Assembly (NCBI RefSeq): GCF_001194135.2
Contig: NC_068998.1
Span: 51,468,806 to 51,532,805, forward strand
Direction of reading: 5' to 3'
Length of the DNA: 64,000 nt
Origin: Octopus bimaculoides
Lineage: Eukaryota
Each line of letters starts with the position of its first letter. The first letter of the stretch is position 1. The position numbers were made by a program, and so were the translations under genes. Of this stretch, positions 49,664 to 61,597 are shown piece after piece. The notes beneath the pieces were generated by a model that was not told where the DNA came from, did not search any database, and saw only the letters and a list, made by a program, of their open reading frames with translations.

Positions 49664-49665
<2 letters not shown>
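49505..49665 (+). mobile_element. Diverged SINE B 5' half, then (TA)n
   Basis: GCTGTGTGGTTAAG...GGGTTCAATC...GTAGACGGAAACTGTGTGAAAGCCCTCCG. Confidence 0.72.
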
Positions 49666-49711
<46 letters not shown>

Positions 49712-49914
49712 ACATATATATATATATACAATGTACATTACAAACTATTATATATATGTATACACACACACACACACACACGAACTTCTCTCGACTCTGA
49801 AATCTGAATTCACTCGGATCGTTACTATTTATACTTTTATTTACTCGGACTAGTCTATCTCTCGCAAGGGGTCATCATAACTCTCATCACAACATCCACC
49901 TAAGACTACATTAC

Positions 49915-50495
49915 TCTATGTGGTAAAAGTGTTGAACTTATGCTCAGAAGATCGTGATTTCGATTCTCGTACCAAGCAGTGCGTTGTATTCTTGATGGAA
50001 ATATTCTGTCTCACGTTGCCCCAGTCCACTCAGCTATCAATGACTAAATCTTGCGATGGATTGGCGACCCGTTTAGAGGAAGAATGTTATGATTTCGGTC
50101 ACATGTAGGCCGTGAAAGCCGGTTGACTGGGCCCTAGCAATCCTGGAACTCGGGACGGTAAACGTCGATGCATGGATGACGCCAATGATAAGTAATAACA
50201 ACTAAAACGGTCCACAAGTTATGAGGTACAATGCTTGCATTACTGTAGAGGCGCGTGGCTTAGTGGTTAGGCTCTTGGACTCATGATCGTAAAATTGTGG
50301 TTTCCATTCCTGGACCGGGTGATGCGTTGTGTTCTTGAACAAACAATTCATTTCGTGTTGCTCCAGTCCACTCAGCTGGAAAAAATGAGTAATCCGGCAA
50401 CGGACCGGTGTCCCGTCCACGTGGAGAATATATACGCCAGTGAAGCCTGGAAACCGGCCCCCAAGTGCCTGTCATGGCTCGAGAAGGAAACATTT
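49915..50495 (+). mobile_element. Two tandem SINE D copies (diverged 49915-50160; better preserved 50245-50495)
   Basis: GTAGAGGCGCGTGGCTTAGTGGTTAGG...TTCCTGGACCGGGTGATGCGTTGTGTTCTTG...CAGTCCACTCAGCT...CATGGCTCGAGAAGGA. Confidence 0.8.
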
Positions 50496-51419
50496 TATTT
50501 TGCCTATACTTGCACTGCTACAGATGTTTGCAAATCACTACGGCGCTAATGTCAACCACAACTTCGATCTCATTTTCATATAGTTTTTATAATTTTTCCG
50601 ATCACTGTAACCGAAAGAAATAGTGAATCCGTAATACTAGTAACTGTGGTGAGACTGCATGGAGGTGATGTGACAATAGAGATTACATTTGCTTTACAAC
50701 TGTGTTTATATCAACGAAATGTGGGCTAATGAGGTGTTGCGTATTGTTAAGTACCATTCATTCACAGATACGGTAATAATAGAGATTTCTACAGGTAAAT
50801 GTATAATACCGTAGTTTTATATAAGAAATAATGTAGAGAAGTTCTTTGTAGCACGGGAATTATATACTACAATAATTGCAGCGCTCCGTCGATAATGAAT
50901 TTGAGAAATCTGTGAGCGGATGTTTTGCGCGAAATGTACATCAAAGCATGGAAAATGGCGGCCTGGATGAGAATTCATGTTCTTACAGTAATGTGTATGC
51001 GCGTGCGTGTGTATGTATGTATGTATGTATGTATGCATGTATGTATGCATTTATGTGTGTATGTATGTATGCATGTATGTATGTACGTATGTATGTGTAT
51101 ATGAATGAATGTGCGTATGGGTGTGTATGTATGTATGTATGTATGTATGAATGTATGTGTGTGTATGTACGTGTGTATATATGTATAAACACACATATGT
51201 ACGCGTCTGTCTATATATTTACCTACATGCACGTGCATACACGCGACACACTTGGTAATCTCTGGAATAGGAAATGTTGGGTTGTTGCCTATAAAATGAA
51301 AACTACGATTGATTTTTTCATGCTTGTGTGTGTGTGTATGCCTGTGTACATATATATAAATATATTGCCATCTATATATTCCACTTAACGTATATACACC
51401 CTTGGTAGGCAGGATTCTG

Positions 51420-51790
51420 CGGTTTTCGTCCCAAATAGAATCACTTTGTGACATATTCGCAGCCATGCAGATGTTGCTTTTACACAACGATCCAATGCCA
51501 CACATTGTCTCAGTCAGTAAATAATGGTACTAAATGCGAAGGTCTTGCCTCGTCCTGTCTACTCTCCTGAGATTACTGCATCTGATTATTATCTCTTCAA
51601 ATTATTTCAACATCATTTCAATGGAAAACAGCTTTTCAAATTGTGAACAAATTTTGAGTGTGTCCTTCCTTCGAAAGCTGAAGAGTTTTACGCCTGGGGG
51701 ATGAACATTTCGCCAAATCAATGGTATTATGTTCTCAATAATGAGAGGAAAGATTACACAAGGCAACAATTTTTTTCGGAATCTCAATTA
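51420..51790 (+). pseudogene. Mariner transposase C-terminal fragment, decayed
   Basis: LLLHND.PH, KVLPRPVYSPEITASDYYLFK and EEFYAWGM...QW correspond to LHDNARPH, VLPHPPYSPDLAPSDYHLF and FYxxGI..L..RW. Confidence 0.8.
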
Positions 51791-51984
51791 CAGATGATTT
51801 TTTTTACTGGTTCTTACTGCTTTTAACCTGCTAAATTCAAATCTGAAATCGGTTCTGTTCTACATGCTCTAGTTTCATGCAAATTTTAGTTTTGTATTCT
51901 AGCCATTTGCAGTCAAATTAATTACTTGGACGTTTATGTTATCAACAGCGATATTAAAATTGTTATTAAAATTGTTATTAAAAA

Positions 51985-52480
51985 TGCTTCCAACACATAG
52001 TCTCTGTTCTCCCTGCTTTGTCCTTCAAGAAGATCAAGGCAAGTGCGTTTGATGGACTGCAGATTCGTACACTTGTACGTGATAAGAAATTTGCCAGAAA
52101 GATGAGTGACAAGGAAAGGACTGCATGGCTTTCATTCGTTGTGTCAATAGCAAACTTTCTCGGTAATACAAAGGCTGACAACTACGACTCTGTCGTAGCT
52201 AATATATTGTCAGTTTTTCATAATCTTGGATGGAACATGAGTGTCAAACTCCATTTCATGCACGATGACAGATTCCCTGAGAACCTAGGAGTGGTAAATG
52301 AGGAACAAGGCAAGCAGTTCCATCAGACCATGGAACAGTGTAACCAGGGGAGATGAGACAAACATATGATGGCAGACTACTGGTGGAGCGAGATTGCCTT
52401 GAGACAATCCACAAACGCAAGGGCTTCAAGCGTAAATTCCGGCCTGAATAGACTGCGACTGAGCTTTGCCTCCTCATAGG
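51985..52480 (+). pseudogene. Chapaev3-type (CMC superfamily) transposase C-terminal fragment
   Basis: KIKASAFDGLQIRTLV...AWLSF...NFLGNTKADNY...GWNMSVKLHF...FPENLGVVNEEQGKQFHQ...QGR*...MMADYWW match the recalled KIKxGIFxGPQIR...FLGNxKAxNY...MSLKxHFL...NLGAVSDEHGERFHQD...MLADYCW signature. Confidence 0.78.
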
Positions 52481-52849
52481 ATAAGGCGTCAAAATTGTGA
52501 TGGTTTTTGATCGATAACTGAGGGATGAGCATGTCCACATCCATTATGTTTTCTGAGGTTTTCCGTTAGTTCCTTCGTCGTCTCCATGTGTCACATTTTA
52601 CTACATGTGGGTGTGTATGGTTTTGTGTGTGGTTGTGTGTGTGTGTGAGTGTCTGTGTGCCTGTACGGAGTTGAATGCTCGAAATGAGGAGTAGATAAAC
52701 AGCCGCCGACAACTGATGAAGAGTCCTTTTTCTGTGTCAACTTTTCCATATTTTCTAGTTGTTTACGTATTTCACTCGTTTTCCCTCGTTTGTTGATGTA
52801 TTTCATGTTATTTGCACCAATGGTGACGTCCTGTACCTATATATGCATG

Positions 52850-52903
<54 letters not shown>

Positions 52904-53619
52904 AGAATATTCTGAGGTTGTGCACGCATGTAGTGATAAAGGAAATCTGATTGGAAGCAGATTCTTCACACACGCGCGCACCCACACTCACATACAAATG
53001 CTATATTAGATCTGTTTATTCATATATGGCCCTGTATATACTACCAAAGTGTGTCACTCCAACTATATTACAAACAATATTCAATCAAGATCATTTGAAT
53101 TATGTTCAATAGTCTGTAATGTACATTGTATTAGTACAATGGTTGACATTTATAGTCTATACGTGTATTATAAATATGCATGTTCGCGTATATGAAAATT
53201 GTAACATATTTTACACATTTATACTAACCATAGGAAATATATGAAGTAAACGGATATTGAATATAATATGATATTTTGTGATGCATGTTTTGTAGCAACA
53301 GCTTTACGGATAGGACGTCATAATGATATTATTGACAAATATACTAATTTGTGTAGAACCTGAGGAAATCAGAAAGACCACGGTGGTGCTCCAGCATGAC
53401 CGTAGCCACATGCCTGAAACGAGTAAAAGAGTATAGATTAATACTTTACATGTACCACGTCCTCACGTTGTTGTTTTTTCTTCTTGTCTTTTTTCTCTGT
53501 GATACACACACACACACACACACATACACACAAGCACACACACGCGCGCGCAAGGACACACACATATAATGTTACGTGAAAACAAGGTTTTTGTAGGGGA
53601 CAGCGTTGCTACGAAAAGA

Positions 53620-53685
<66 letters not shown>

Positions 53686-54465
53686 AGGAAATGAACACCA
53701 GCTCCTTGTCTAATTAATATTGTCAAATAGTAATGCGATTTTAAAGTTCTTTTCCGTCAAGAAATGCGGACAAGCGACATACATAAGTGCATGTGAGATA
53801 GAGAGAGAGAGAGAAGGTGGGAGAGAGGGGAAAGAGAGCAAGAGAATGAAAGAAGGAGAGAGTGAGAGAGAGAGATAGTTTCAGACAGAAATACGAGCAG
53901 TCAAATCCATATTTAGCTCCGTCGAGGTCTTTATTGCACAGTGTTAACGACTGCCGAGTTTAAACACAACTCGACACAACAATACTAAAAATAAGTCTGT
54001 CGGAGAGGAAAAGAGAGAAGGGGTACCAAGTGGGACCAGTTGCTCACGTCTTTATCCTAGCCACCCCCACCCCCCACCATCACCCGCGTCGACCTCTTCT
54101 TCCCTTATCGTCGTCGTCGTAGTTGNNNNNNNNNNNNNNNNNNNNNNNNNNNNNNNNNNNNNNNNNNNNNNNNNNNNNNNNNNNNNNNNNNNNNNNNNNN
54201 NNNNNNNNNNNNNNNNNNNNNNNNNATATGTTTATATATATATGTTTATATATATATATATATATACAGTTCATGACTGACATGTACTTTTGATTTCCTT
54301 GTCTCGCTGTTTTCTAAGAAATTGGATAAAAGTCTTTGTCATTTATGTTTGTTTTGCAAGACTCCTGATGTGAAACCGTGTGTTGAAACAAATATTATTA
54401 TACTTGGAGATGGTCATATTTTACCAATGATACAAACAAGCACGACTCGCTTGATCTCCAATTTA

Positions 54466-54673
54466 TCTTTATTTTTGTCTGAAATTTTTCGTCACACGTC
54501 CTGTGTCCTCTTCAGCGACTCTCTATTGTACATGTCCTATTTCATCTTATTTAGTCCATTCTATGGATTATTCCATGGCCTAAACAGAACGGGATGAAAC
54601 ACGTAGGATGGAAAGTTGCTGAAGAGGGCACAGGATGTGTGACGAAAGATTTCTGACAAAGGACAAAGAAATA
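54466..54673. repeat. ~205-bp foldback (MITE-like) element with ~58-bp well-matched arms
   Basis: TTTTTCGTCACACGTCCTGTGTCCTCTTCAGCGACTCTC (54486-54524) is the near reverse complement of GAAAGTTGCTGAAGAGGGCACAGGATGTGTGACGAAAGA (54611-54649). Weaker complementarity extends outward and inward. Confidence 0.9.
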
Positions 54674-54675
54674 AC

Positions 54676-55048
54676 AACAAGAGCACTCAGAGAGCACAAA
54701 CCTCTACCAAGGCAACACCAACATCCTCTAACGATTAGTCAGAGATGAGTTTTAAAATGAGAATAGCTGAAATAAACTTGATTGCTCTCACAAACGAGAA
54801 CACTAAAAATAAGCCCAACCGCTCTCAAAAATTAAGTTTAAAAAAAAAACGGGAAAATGATCCAGAATCCCTGTCCGGTACCGGATCGATCCCAAAATCT
54901 AATCAGTTTGTGGCAGTCATGAGGCCAAACATCCCTGAAAGTTTCATCTGAATCCATCCAGGGTTCTTGAGATATCTTGTCCACGGACAAACAAACAAAT
55001 ACGACTGAAAACAATACCTCCGCCTTCAATAAGGCGGAGCTAATAAAA
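54676..55048 (+). mobile_element. Non-autonomous Helentron/HINE-like element
   Basis: Starts AACAAGAG, has a sub-terminal ACCTCTACCAAGGC, and ends in the hairpin CTCCGCCTT-CAAT-AAGGCGGAG (55018-55039) followed by TAATAAAA. This layout is recalled for mollusc Helentron-derived elements. Confidence 0.55.
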
Positions 55049-55289
55049 GGATAACGTGCATGTGCTTAATTGACAAACATATGATCATCCGCGTACAAAT
55101 CATGTTAATAATTGATCAAAAATTAATTTATCAAAAAATATTAAAAGCATTTAAATAAAATGTGACATTTTCCTAACTAAAATTGTGGCTTTTTCCTGTG
55201 ATATCGTTTTTCATTTCGGGCATCGTAGTTTTGGCTATTATTGTTGTGATTGCACTGGAATATGCAATAGTCTCGTTATTAAACACTAC

Positions 55290-55660
55290 AGGCGCCGAAC
55301 TGGTTGAATCGTTGGCACGCTAGATACTTATTACCTCTTTACATTCCACGTTCAAATTACGCTGAAGTCAACTTTGCCTTTCATCCTTTCGGGGTCGATA
55401 AATTAGTACCAGTTGCGTCCTGGGGTCGATCTACTCGACTGGCCTCCTCCCGAAAAATTTCGGGCCTAGAGTAAAAAAGAACCGTTTGCTCGGCGGTACT
55501 TTTTCCGACTTTACGTTCGGAGTTCAAATTCTGTTGTGGTCGATTTTGTTCAATCAACCTTTCAGGAACGATAAAATGAGTACCAGTTGAACACTGGGGT
55601 CCATGTACCAATCGACTTGCTCCTCCCCTTGGAATTACTGGCCTTATACAAAATTCTTGA
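55290..55660 (+). mobile_element. Two tandem SINE A copies
   Basis: CAACTTTGCCTTTCATCCTTTCGGGGTCGATAAATTAGTACCAG (55369-55412) and a second GGAGTTCAAATTC...ATAAAATGAGTACCAGTTG (55519-55589). Confidence 0.85.
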
Positions 55661-56093
55661 AATCAATATTTTTATTTTGTTTGTAATTGAAATTAAATTC
55701 TGGAGAATATCATACTTTCTATAAACAATGAAATATGAAAAAAGTGTTAATATAATTAAAAAAAAAAAATTTAAAGATCTGATTTGAACTTAGCTTTTCA
55801 ATTAAACATACGTGAAAAGGTCGCTGTTCCTTACTCACAGAGCAAGAAATGGGAAGAGAGTAAACGTAATGTGTGCGTTTGCGTGTGGAGACACAAGAGG
55901 TATAGAGGGGAAAAAATAGCTATCTCTCCCGCGCTCTCTCTCTCTCTCTGTCTATACATGTGTGTGTGTGTGAAGGTAAGATCCAAGGATCAAGGTGTAG
56001 GAAGTTAGTAAGCTTCGAGCAGACCGTACAAGATACAGAGAACAACTTTCAGGAACAATAATGGTCTATTGACCTGGAAGGCTGTACATTTTT

Positions 56094-56128
<35 letters not shown>

Positions 56129-56637
56129 TTTATATTTATGCATCATGTGTATGTATATATATATATATATATATATTTGTATGCATGCGTGTGTGTGTGT
56201 GTGTGTGTGTGCGTACGTGTCTGCGTGCGTGTAAGGCCACTAGTGTAATTAAGTTGTATATTTATACAAACATAAAGTTGAAATAAAGAACAACAAATAT
56301 TTGTTTATTATGTGCAGCGAAAATTGTTTAATTAGACACGAAAGCAAAAAGAAACACCCACAAACACACATACGCACATAAATACATACAAACACACACA
56401 CACACAAAGAAACATACGCACATAGATACATACAAGCACATACACATAAACACACATTGACATAACGTGTGTGTGTGTGTGATATAAACACGTACTTTCA
56501 GTTAATACATGTTCAAATAAATATATACAAAAATATACACACGTTCATTTTTACAGGCTGATATGAAGCATGTTACATGGCTTCGTCTTTTCTTTCTTTC
56601 TTTCTTTGCTTTTTGCTGTGTTTTCTCTCCCTCTCTC

Positions 56638-56673
<36 letters not shown>

Positions 56674-57186
56674 NNNNNNNNNNNNNNNNNNNNNNNNNNN
56701 NNNNNNNNNNNNNNNNNNNNNNNNNNNNNNNNNNNNNNNNNNNNNNNNNNNNNNNNNNNNNNNNNNNNNNNNNNNNNNNNNNNNNNNNNNNNNNNNNNNN
56801 NNNNNNNNNNNNNNNNNNNNNNNNNNNNNNNNNNNNNNNNNNNNNNNNNNNNNNNNNNNNNNNNNNNNNNNNNNNNNNNNNNNNNNNNNNNNNNNNNNNN
56901 NNNNNNNNNNNNNNNNNNNNNNNNNNNNNNNNNNNNNNNNNNNNNNNNNNNNNNNNNNNNNNNNNNNNNNNNNNNNNNNNNNNNNNNNNNNNNNNNNNNN
57001 NNNNNNNNNNNNNNNNNNNNNNNNNNNNNNNNNNNNNNNNNNNNNNNNNNNNNNNNNNNNNNNNNNNNNNNNNNNNNNNNNNNNNNNNNNNNNNNNNNNN
57101 NNNNNNNNNNNNNNNNNNNNNNNNNNNNNNNNNNNNNNNNNNNNNNNNNNNNNNNNNNNNNNNNNNNNNNNNNNNNNNNNNNNNNN

Positions 57187-57490
57187 GTGAGTGTTTATTG
57201 AGCGAAAACACCTAAAGCTCCCCGAGGCTCCGGCAGGGGGTGGTGGCGAACCCTACTGTACTCTTTCACCACAACTTTCTCTCACTCTTACTTCCTGTTT
57301 CTGTTGAGCCTGTATTTCAAAGGGTCAGCATTGTCACACTCTGTGTCACGCTGAATATCCCCGAGAACTACGTTAAGGGTACACGTGTCTGTGGAGTGCT
57401 CAGCCAGTTGCACGTTAATTTCACGATGCAGGCTGTTCCGTTGATCGGATCAACTGGAACTCTCGTCGTCGTAACCGACGTAGTGCCACG
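57187..57490 (+). mobile_element. SINE C body and 3' end; the head falls in the preceding gap
   Basis: GTGAGTGTTTATTGAGCGAAAACACCTAAAGCTCC...GGAACTCTCGTCGTCGTAACCGACGTAGTGCCA. The reversed terminus also appears at 31521-31562. Confidence 0.88.
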
Positions 57491-57868
57491 ATTGTAGTTG
57501 TGCTGTTGTTGTTGTTTTTGGTGGTGGTTGTGGCGGTGGTAGGGGTGTTGGTGTTGGTGATGATTGTTGCGATGGTGGTTGTGATGCTAGTGGTGGTGGC
57601 GCTGTTAGTTACACTGGTTGTAGTGTTGCTGTTGTTGATAGTGGTGGTGGTGGTATTGGTTCAAGTATTTGGTAGTTGACGTTAGTTTGAAGCCAAAAAA
57701 AGAAAAAAATGGAAGAAGAAAAGCAAAAAGAAAAATGTTGATCGTTTTGTTTCTTTCGAGAGAAATCCTCTGAGAAAAGAAGAGAGTAGTTTGTAAACAA
57801 GAGGAATTCTGTCATCGCTGCAGTGTAGCAGCGGAGGAAATGGGTAAGAAAAGTTGTGTTGCAGATGG

Positions 57869-57911
<43 letters not shown>

Positions 57912-58069
57912 GTTTGTGTGTGTGTATATAGTGTAATATGTGCAAGACAAGCGTGTGTAGGTGCGCGCGAGCGTGTGTGTGTGTGTGTGGGTATGCTATA
58001 TATGGCGGCAAACGAAGAAGTGCGTGGTGCATGGTGGCTTTATAATAATAATAATAATAATAATAATAA

Positions 58070-58898
58070 TCTTTTCTACTCTAGGCACAAGGACCGAAAT
58101 TCTGGGGGAGGGGGCTAGTCGATTAGATCGATCCCAGTACGTGACTGGTACTAAATTTATCGACCCCGAAAGGATGAAAGGCAAAGTCGACCTCGGCAGA
58201 ATTTGAACTCAGAACACAAAGACAGACGAAATACTGCTAAGCATTTCGCCCGGCGTGCTAACGTTTCTGCCAAATAATAATAATGATGATGATGAGGAGG
58301 ATGAGAATAAGGATGATGATGATGATGATGATTTCAATTTTATTCCACAAGGGGCGAAGAATGAAGGGGACAATACAAAGACAAATTGTTGAGGGTTTAC
58401 ATATATGAAATAATAAATAAAAAGATGAAAGGGCGAAAGTAAGTATACGCGGTATTCACAGAAAAAGAAGGGACGGATGTATAGCATACAAAGGTGTTTT
58501 TTTTTTAAGTGACGGGGAGGGGGACAGAGATGTGGCCCTCTTGATACAAGAAGGCCTCTAAGGGTAATCGAGGAACCCCACTGTCCGAGATTTCCCTGAA
58601 ACTCCAGGAGCAGGTGCCCTCTCCTAGTAATAAGGGTTTCAAATTTTGCCAGAAGAGCAAATAATAATGATCCCTTTTAGGGAAGACATAAGGCCTGAAA
58701 TTTAAAGGAAGGGGAAAAGTCGATTGCATCGACCCCAGAGTGTAACTGGTACCTAATTTATCGACCCCGAAAGGATGAAAGGCAAAGTCGACGTCGGTGG
58801 AATTTGAACTCAGAACGTAATGGCAGACGAAATACCACTGAGCATCTTACCTGGTGTGCTAACGATTCTGCCAGCTCGCCGCCTTCATGATGATGATG

Positions 58899-58960
<62 letters not shown>

Positions 58961-59680
58961 AAGAAGAAAAAGAAGNNNNNNNNNNNNNNNNNNNNNNNNN
59001 NNNNNNNNNNNNNNNNNNNNNNNNNNNNNNNNNNNNNNNNNNNNNNNNNNNNNNNNNNNNNNNNNNNNNNNNNNNNNNNNNNNNNNNNNNNNNNNNNNNN
59101 NNNNNNNNNNNNNNNNCAATGACAATCATCTCTAATTTTTGACACAAAGCGAGCAATTTATGAGAAGTTGATTACATCGACCTGTGCTCGAATAATAATA
59201 ATAATTCTTTATAGTTGTTTCTAATTTTCGCACAAGGCCAATAGTTTGGAAGGAAGGGGTCAGTCAATGCCATCAGCTTCAGTACTTGGCTGGTATTTTA
59301 TTTTATGGACTTCGATAGGACGAAAAGCCGAATCGACCTCGATAAGAATTGAACCCAGAACGTAGAACCGCTAGAGGTACACGGCCAGCAATATTTTTAA
59401 TGGAGTGTTTAGTGCATACTACGATTCCAGTACTTGATAGGTACTTCATTGTATCGACCTTGAAAAGAAAAATAACAAAGTTAACCTGAGCAGGAATTGA
59501 ACTCTGAACGTAGAGAACCAGCAGAAGCACAAGACCTGCAGTCTTTTTGAAGGGGAGAGATTAGCCGATGCCATCGACCTCGGTGTAATTTTTTTGGTTT
59601 GTTTTACTGATTTGGAGAGAATGAAAGGAAAAAGTGGTCCTCGGTGAGATTCAAAATCCGATCGTTAAGAGCCAACGGTT
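58070..59680 (-). mobile_element. Cluster of about six SINE A copies and fragments, all on minus, separated by trinucleotide repeats
   Basis: Near-complete copies at 58070-58272 and 58650-58886; diverged fragments near 59125, 59225, 59430 and 59545. Confidence 0.82.
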
Positions 59681-59726
59681 GACAATAATAAAAGTAAATT
59701 AAATAGAATTTAATGTGTGCGCGTGT

Positions 59727-59778
<52 letters not shown>

Positions 59779-60499
59779 CAGACGAAGAGAGGAATGTAAA
59801 GAGAAAAAGGAGGAAAAATTGAATGAGTAGGAAATAATGTTGGAGAGGAAGTGAATTAAATTCAGCGAGTGAGGGAAGGTGAGAGAAAGAATAGAAGAAG
59901 AAAGGGGAAAAAGAAGAAGAAAAAGAAGGAGTATGTTGTTTGTGTCGTCGCTGTTTTTCTCTCTCCAGAGCGACCACTGCTGTTTTTAGCATGGAATTTA
60001 CTTCACAATTTTAGTGTTTCTGTCGAGAAATAATAATGTGCCGGTTGTAGTAATAACAACAACAACAGCCTCAACAACAATCATAAAAGCTGAAGACGAA
60101 GGAATAAAAAGAGAGAGAGAGAAAAAGGAAATACCTCCTCTCCTTTATATTTTTCTACCTTATGAATGGATTTTGAGGTCAATATTAAACTGAATGGCCT
60201 CATAATAAATACATAAAAGACTTTTTATTTTTATTTTTACGAAGTGTACTTAAAACTGGCCAGTTGGGTGATTTTATTTTGTATGTTTCGCTTCAGTTGT
60301 TCGTGTACTCAATCAAACGTGAATCAGGAATGATATTAAATACCTATCTTGTTTGGTCTAAAACCTCAACAGTTTCCCACACCGGCTGCGCTCCAAGGTA
60401 AGTCGAAAAAAACAAAACAAACCATTTGGGTCAAAAGTTGTCGAATATGTAACATAAACAACGATCTTCCTGTACAAATAAAACGGAAGGGACCATTAT

Positions 60500-61000
60500 A
60501 GAAACTACATGCTGCAAACCCCAGATTGTTTCAAACATTCTAGACTTGTGTTCATTGTTTATGAAATGCATTATAAAATGGAAATTAATTCCTTCGTCGT
60601 CTTTTAAACTCTTGTTTGTACTACACGTGTGGAATCCCCGATCGTCTCTAAAAATTCTAAATAAATAGTTTATTATTTATATAATATTCTATAGTGCGCT
60701 AATTAACTCAGTTTAATTATTCTTAGTATGTACATGCTCCTTCGTTGTCTTATTAACCATTATTTACACATGTGGAATCCCTGAATATCTATAAAAAGGG
60801 TGTATGGTGTTTTATTGTTTATAAAATATACTTCTAGTACCGTAATCAACTCTGTCTTCGTAATCGAGGTTTATTTTCATTTCAACTCCACGTGAAATCC
60901 CGGAATGTCTACAAAAATTCTAAAGATTATTGTTGTATGTGTCTGAAATATACCATAAAACGGTCATAATTAAGTTCGTTTAATTAATCTTAGTATTCAA
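60500..61000. repeat. Diverged tandem repeat, ~4 units of 118-143 bp
   Basis: CACGTGTGGAATCCCC (60624), CACATGTGGAATCCCT (60767), CACGTGAAATCCCG (60889), weaker unit near 60507. TTTAATTAxTCTTAGTAT is shared by units 2 and 4. Confidence 0.75.
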
Positions 61001-61525
61001 TCATTAACGTAAAACGATAATTTATTCGTAAACTGAGTGAATGAATGTAGAGATGTCGTTTCTATGTCCTGGAAGGACCCTTTAGTTTTTTTCTGCTGGA
61101 GATTGCTGTTTGCTTACCATATTCAACAACTTTTAAACCCGAATATTATTTACATAATTATGACTAAATATATGCACGTATATATACACAACAAGAATAA
61201 GAAAGTTTTACTACTCCTTTTAATCCCGGAAATATTTCTTCTTCCTCTTTTCTTCTCGGATTGTATATTTGCGGACATGTGTATAATATAGTTAGACAAG
61301 TACGCTGTGCGTTACTCGGTTGGAAAGCAACTAACACACAAAACGCGATGCGATAAGCAGAAATGGGCGTGCCCCTCTCGTAGCCACATATATTGGCCGC
61401 TTCGTAAAATTTCACATCATTTATATTCACTTGACATATTGTAAGATAATCTATTATTATTATAAGCTTCAAAGAAATCTATCAAGTTCTTAAAAAGACG
61501 AAACACGAATCAAACTACATCCTTA

Positions 61526-61597
<72 letters not shown>

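Noticed and set aside
5212-59156. Long ORFs containing X runs (for example 6173-7633, 24131-24877, 40266-41156, 56563-57201)
   Set aside because: They are open only because N gaps and flanking TA/TG repeats contain no stops.
60500-61000. Regularly spaced short motifs that might suggest a CRISPR array
   Set aside because: The motifs are degenerate, the spacers are homologous to each other and too long, the context is eukaryotic and there are no cas genes.
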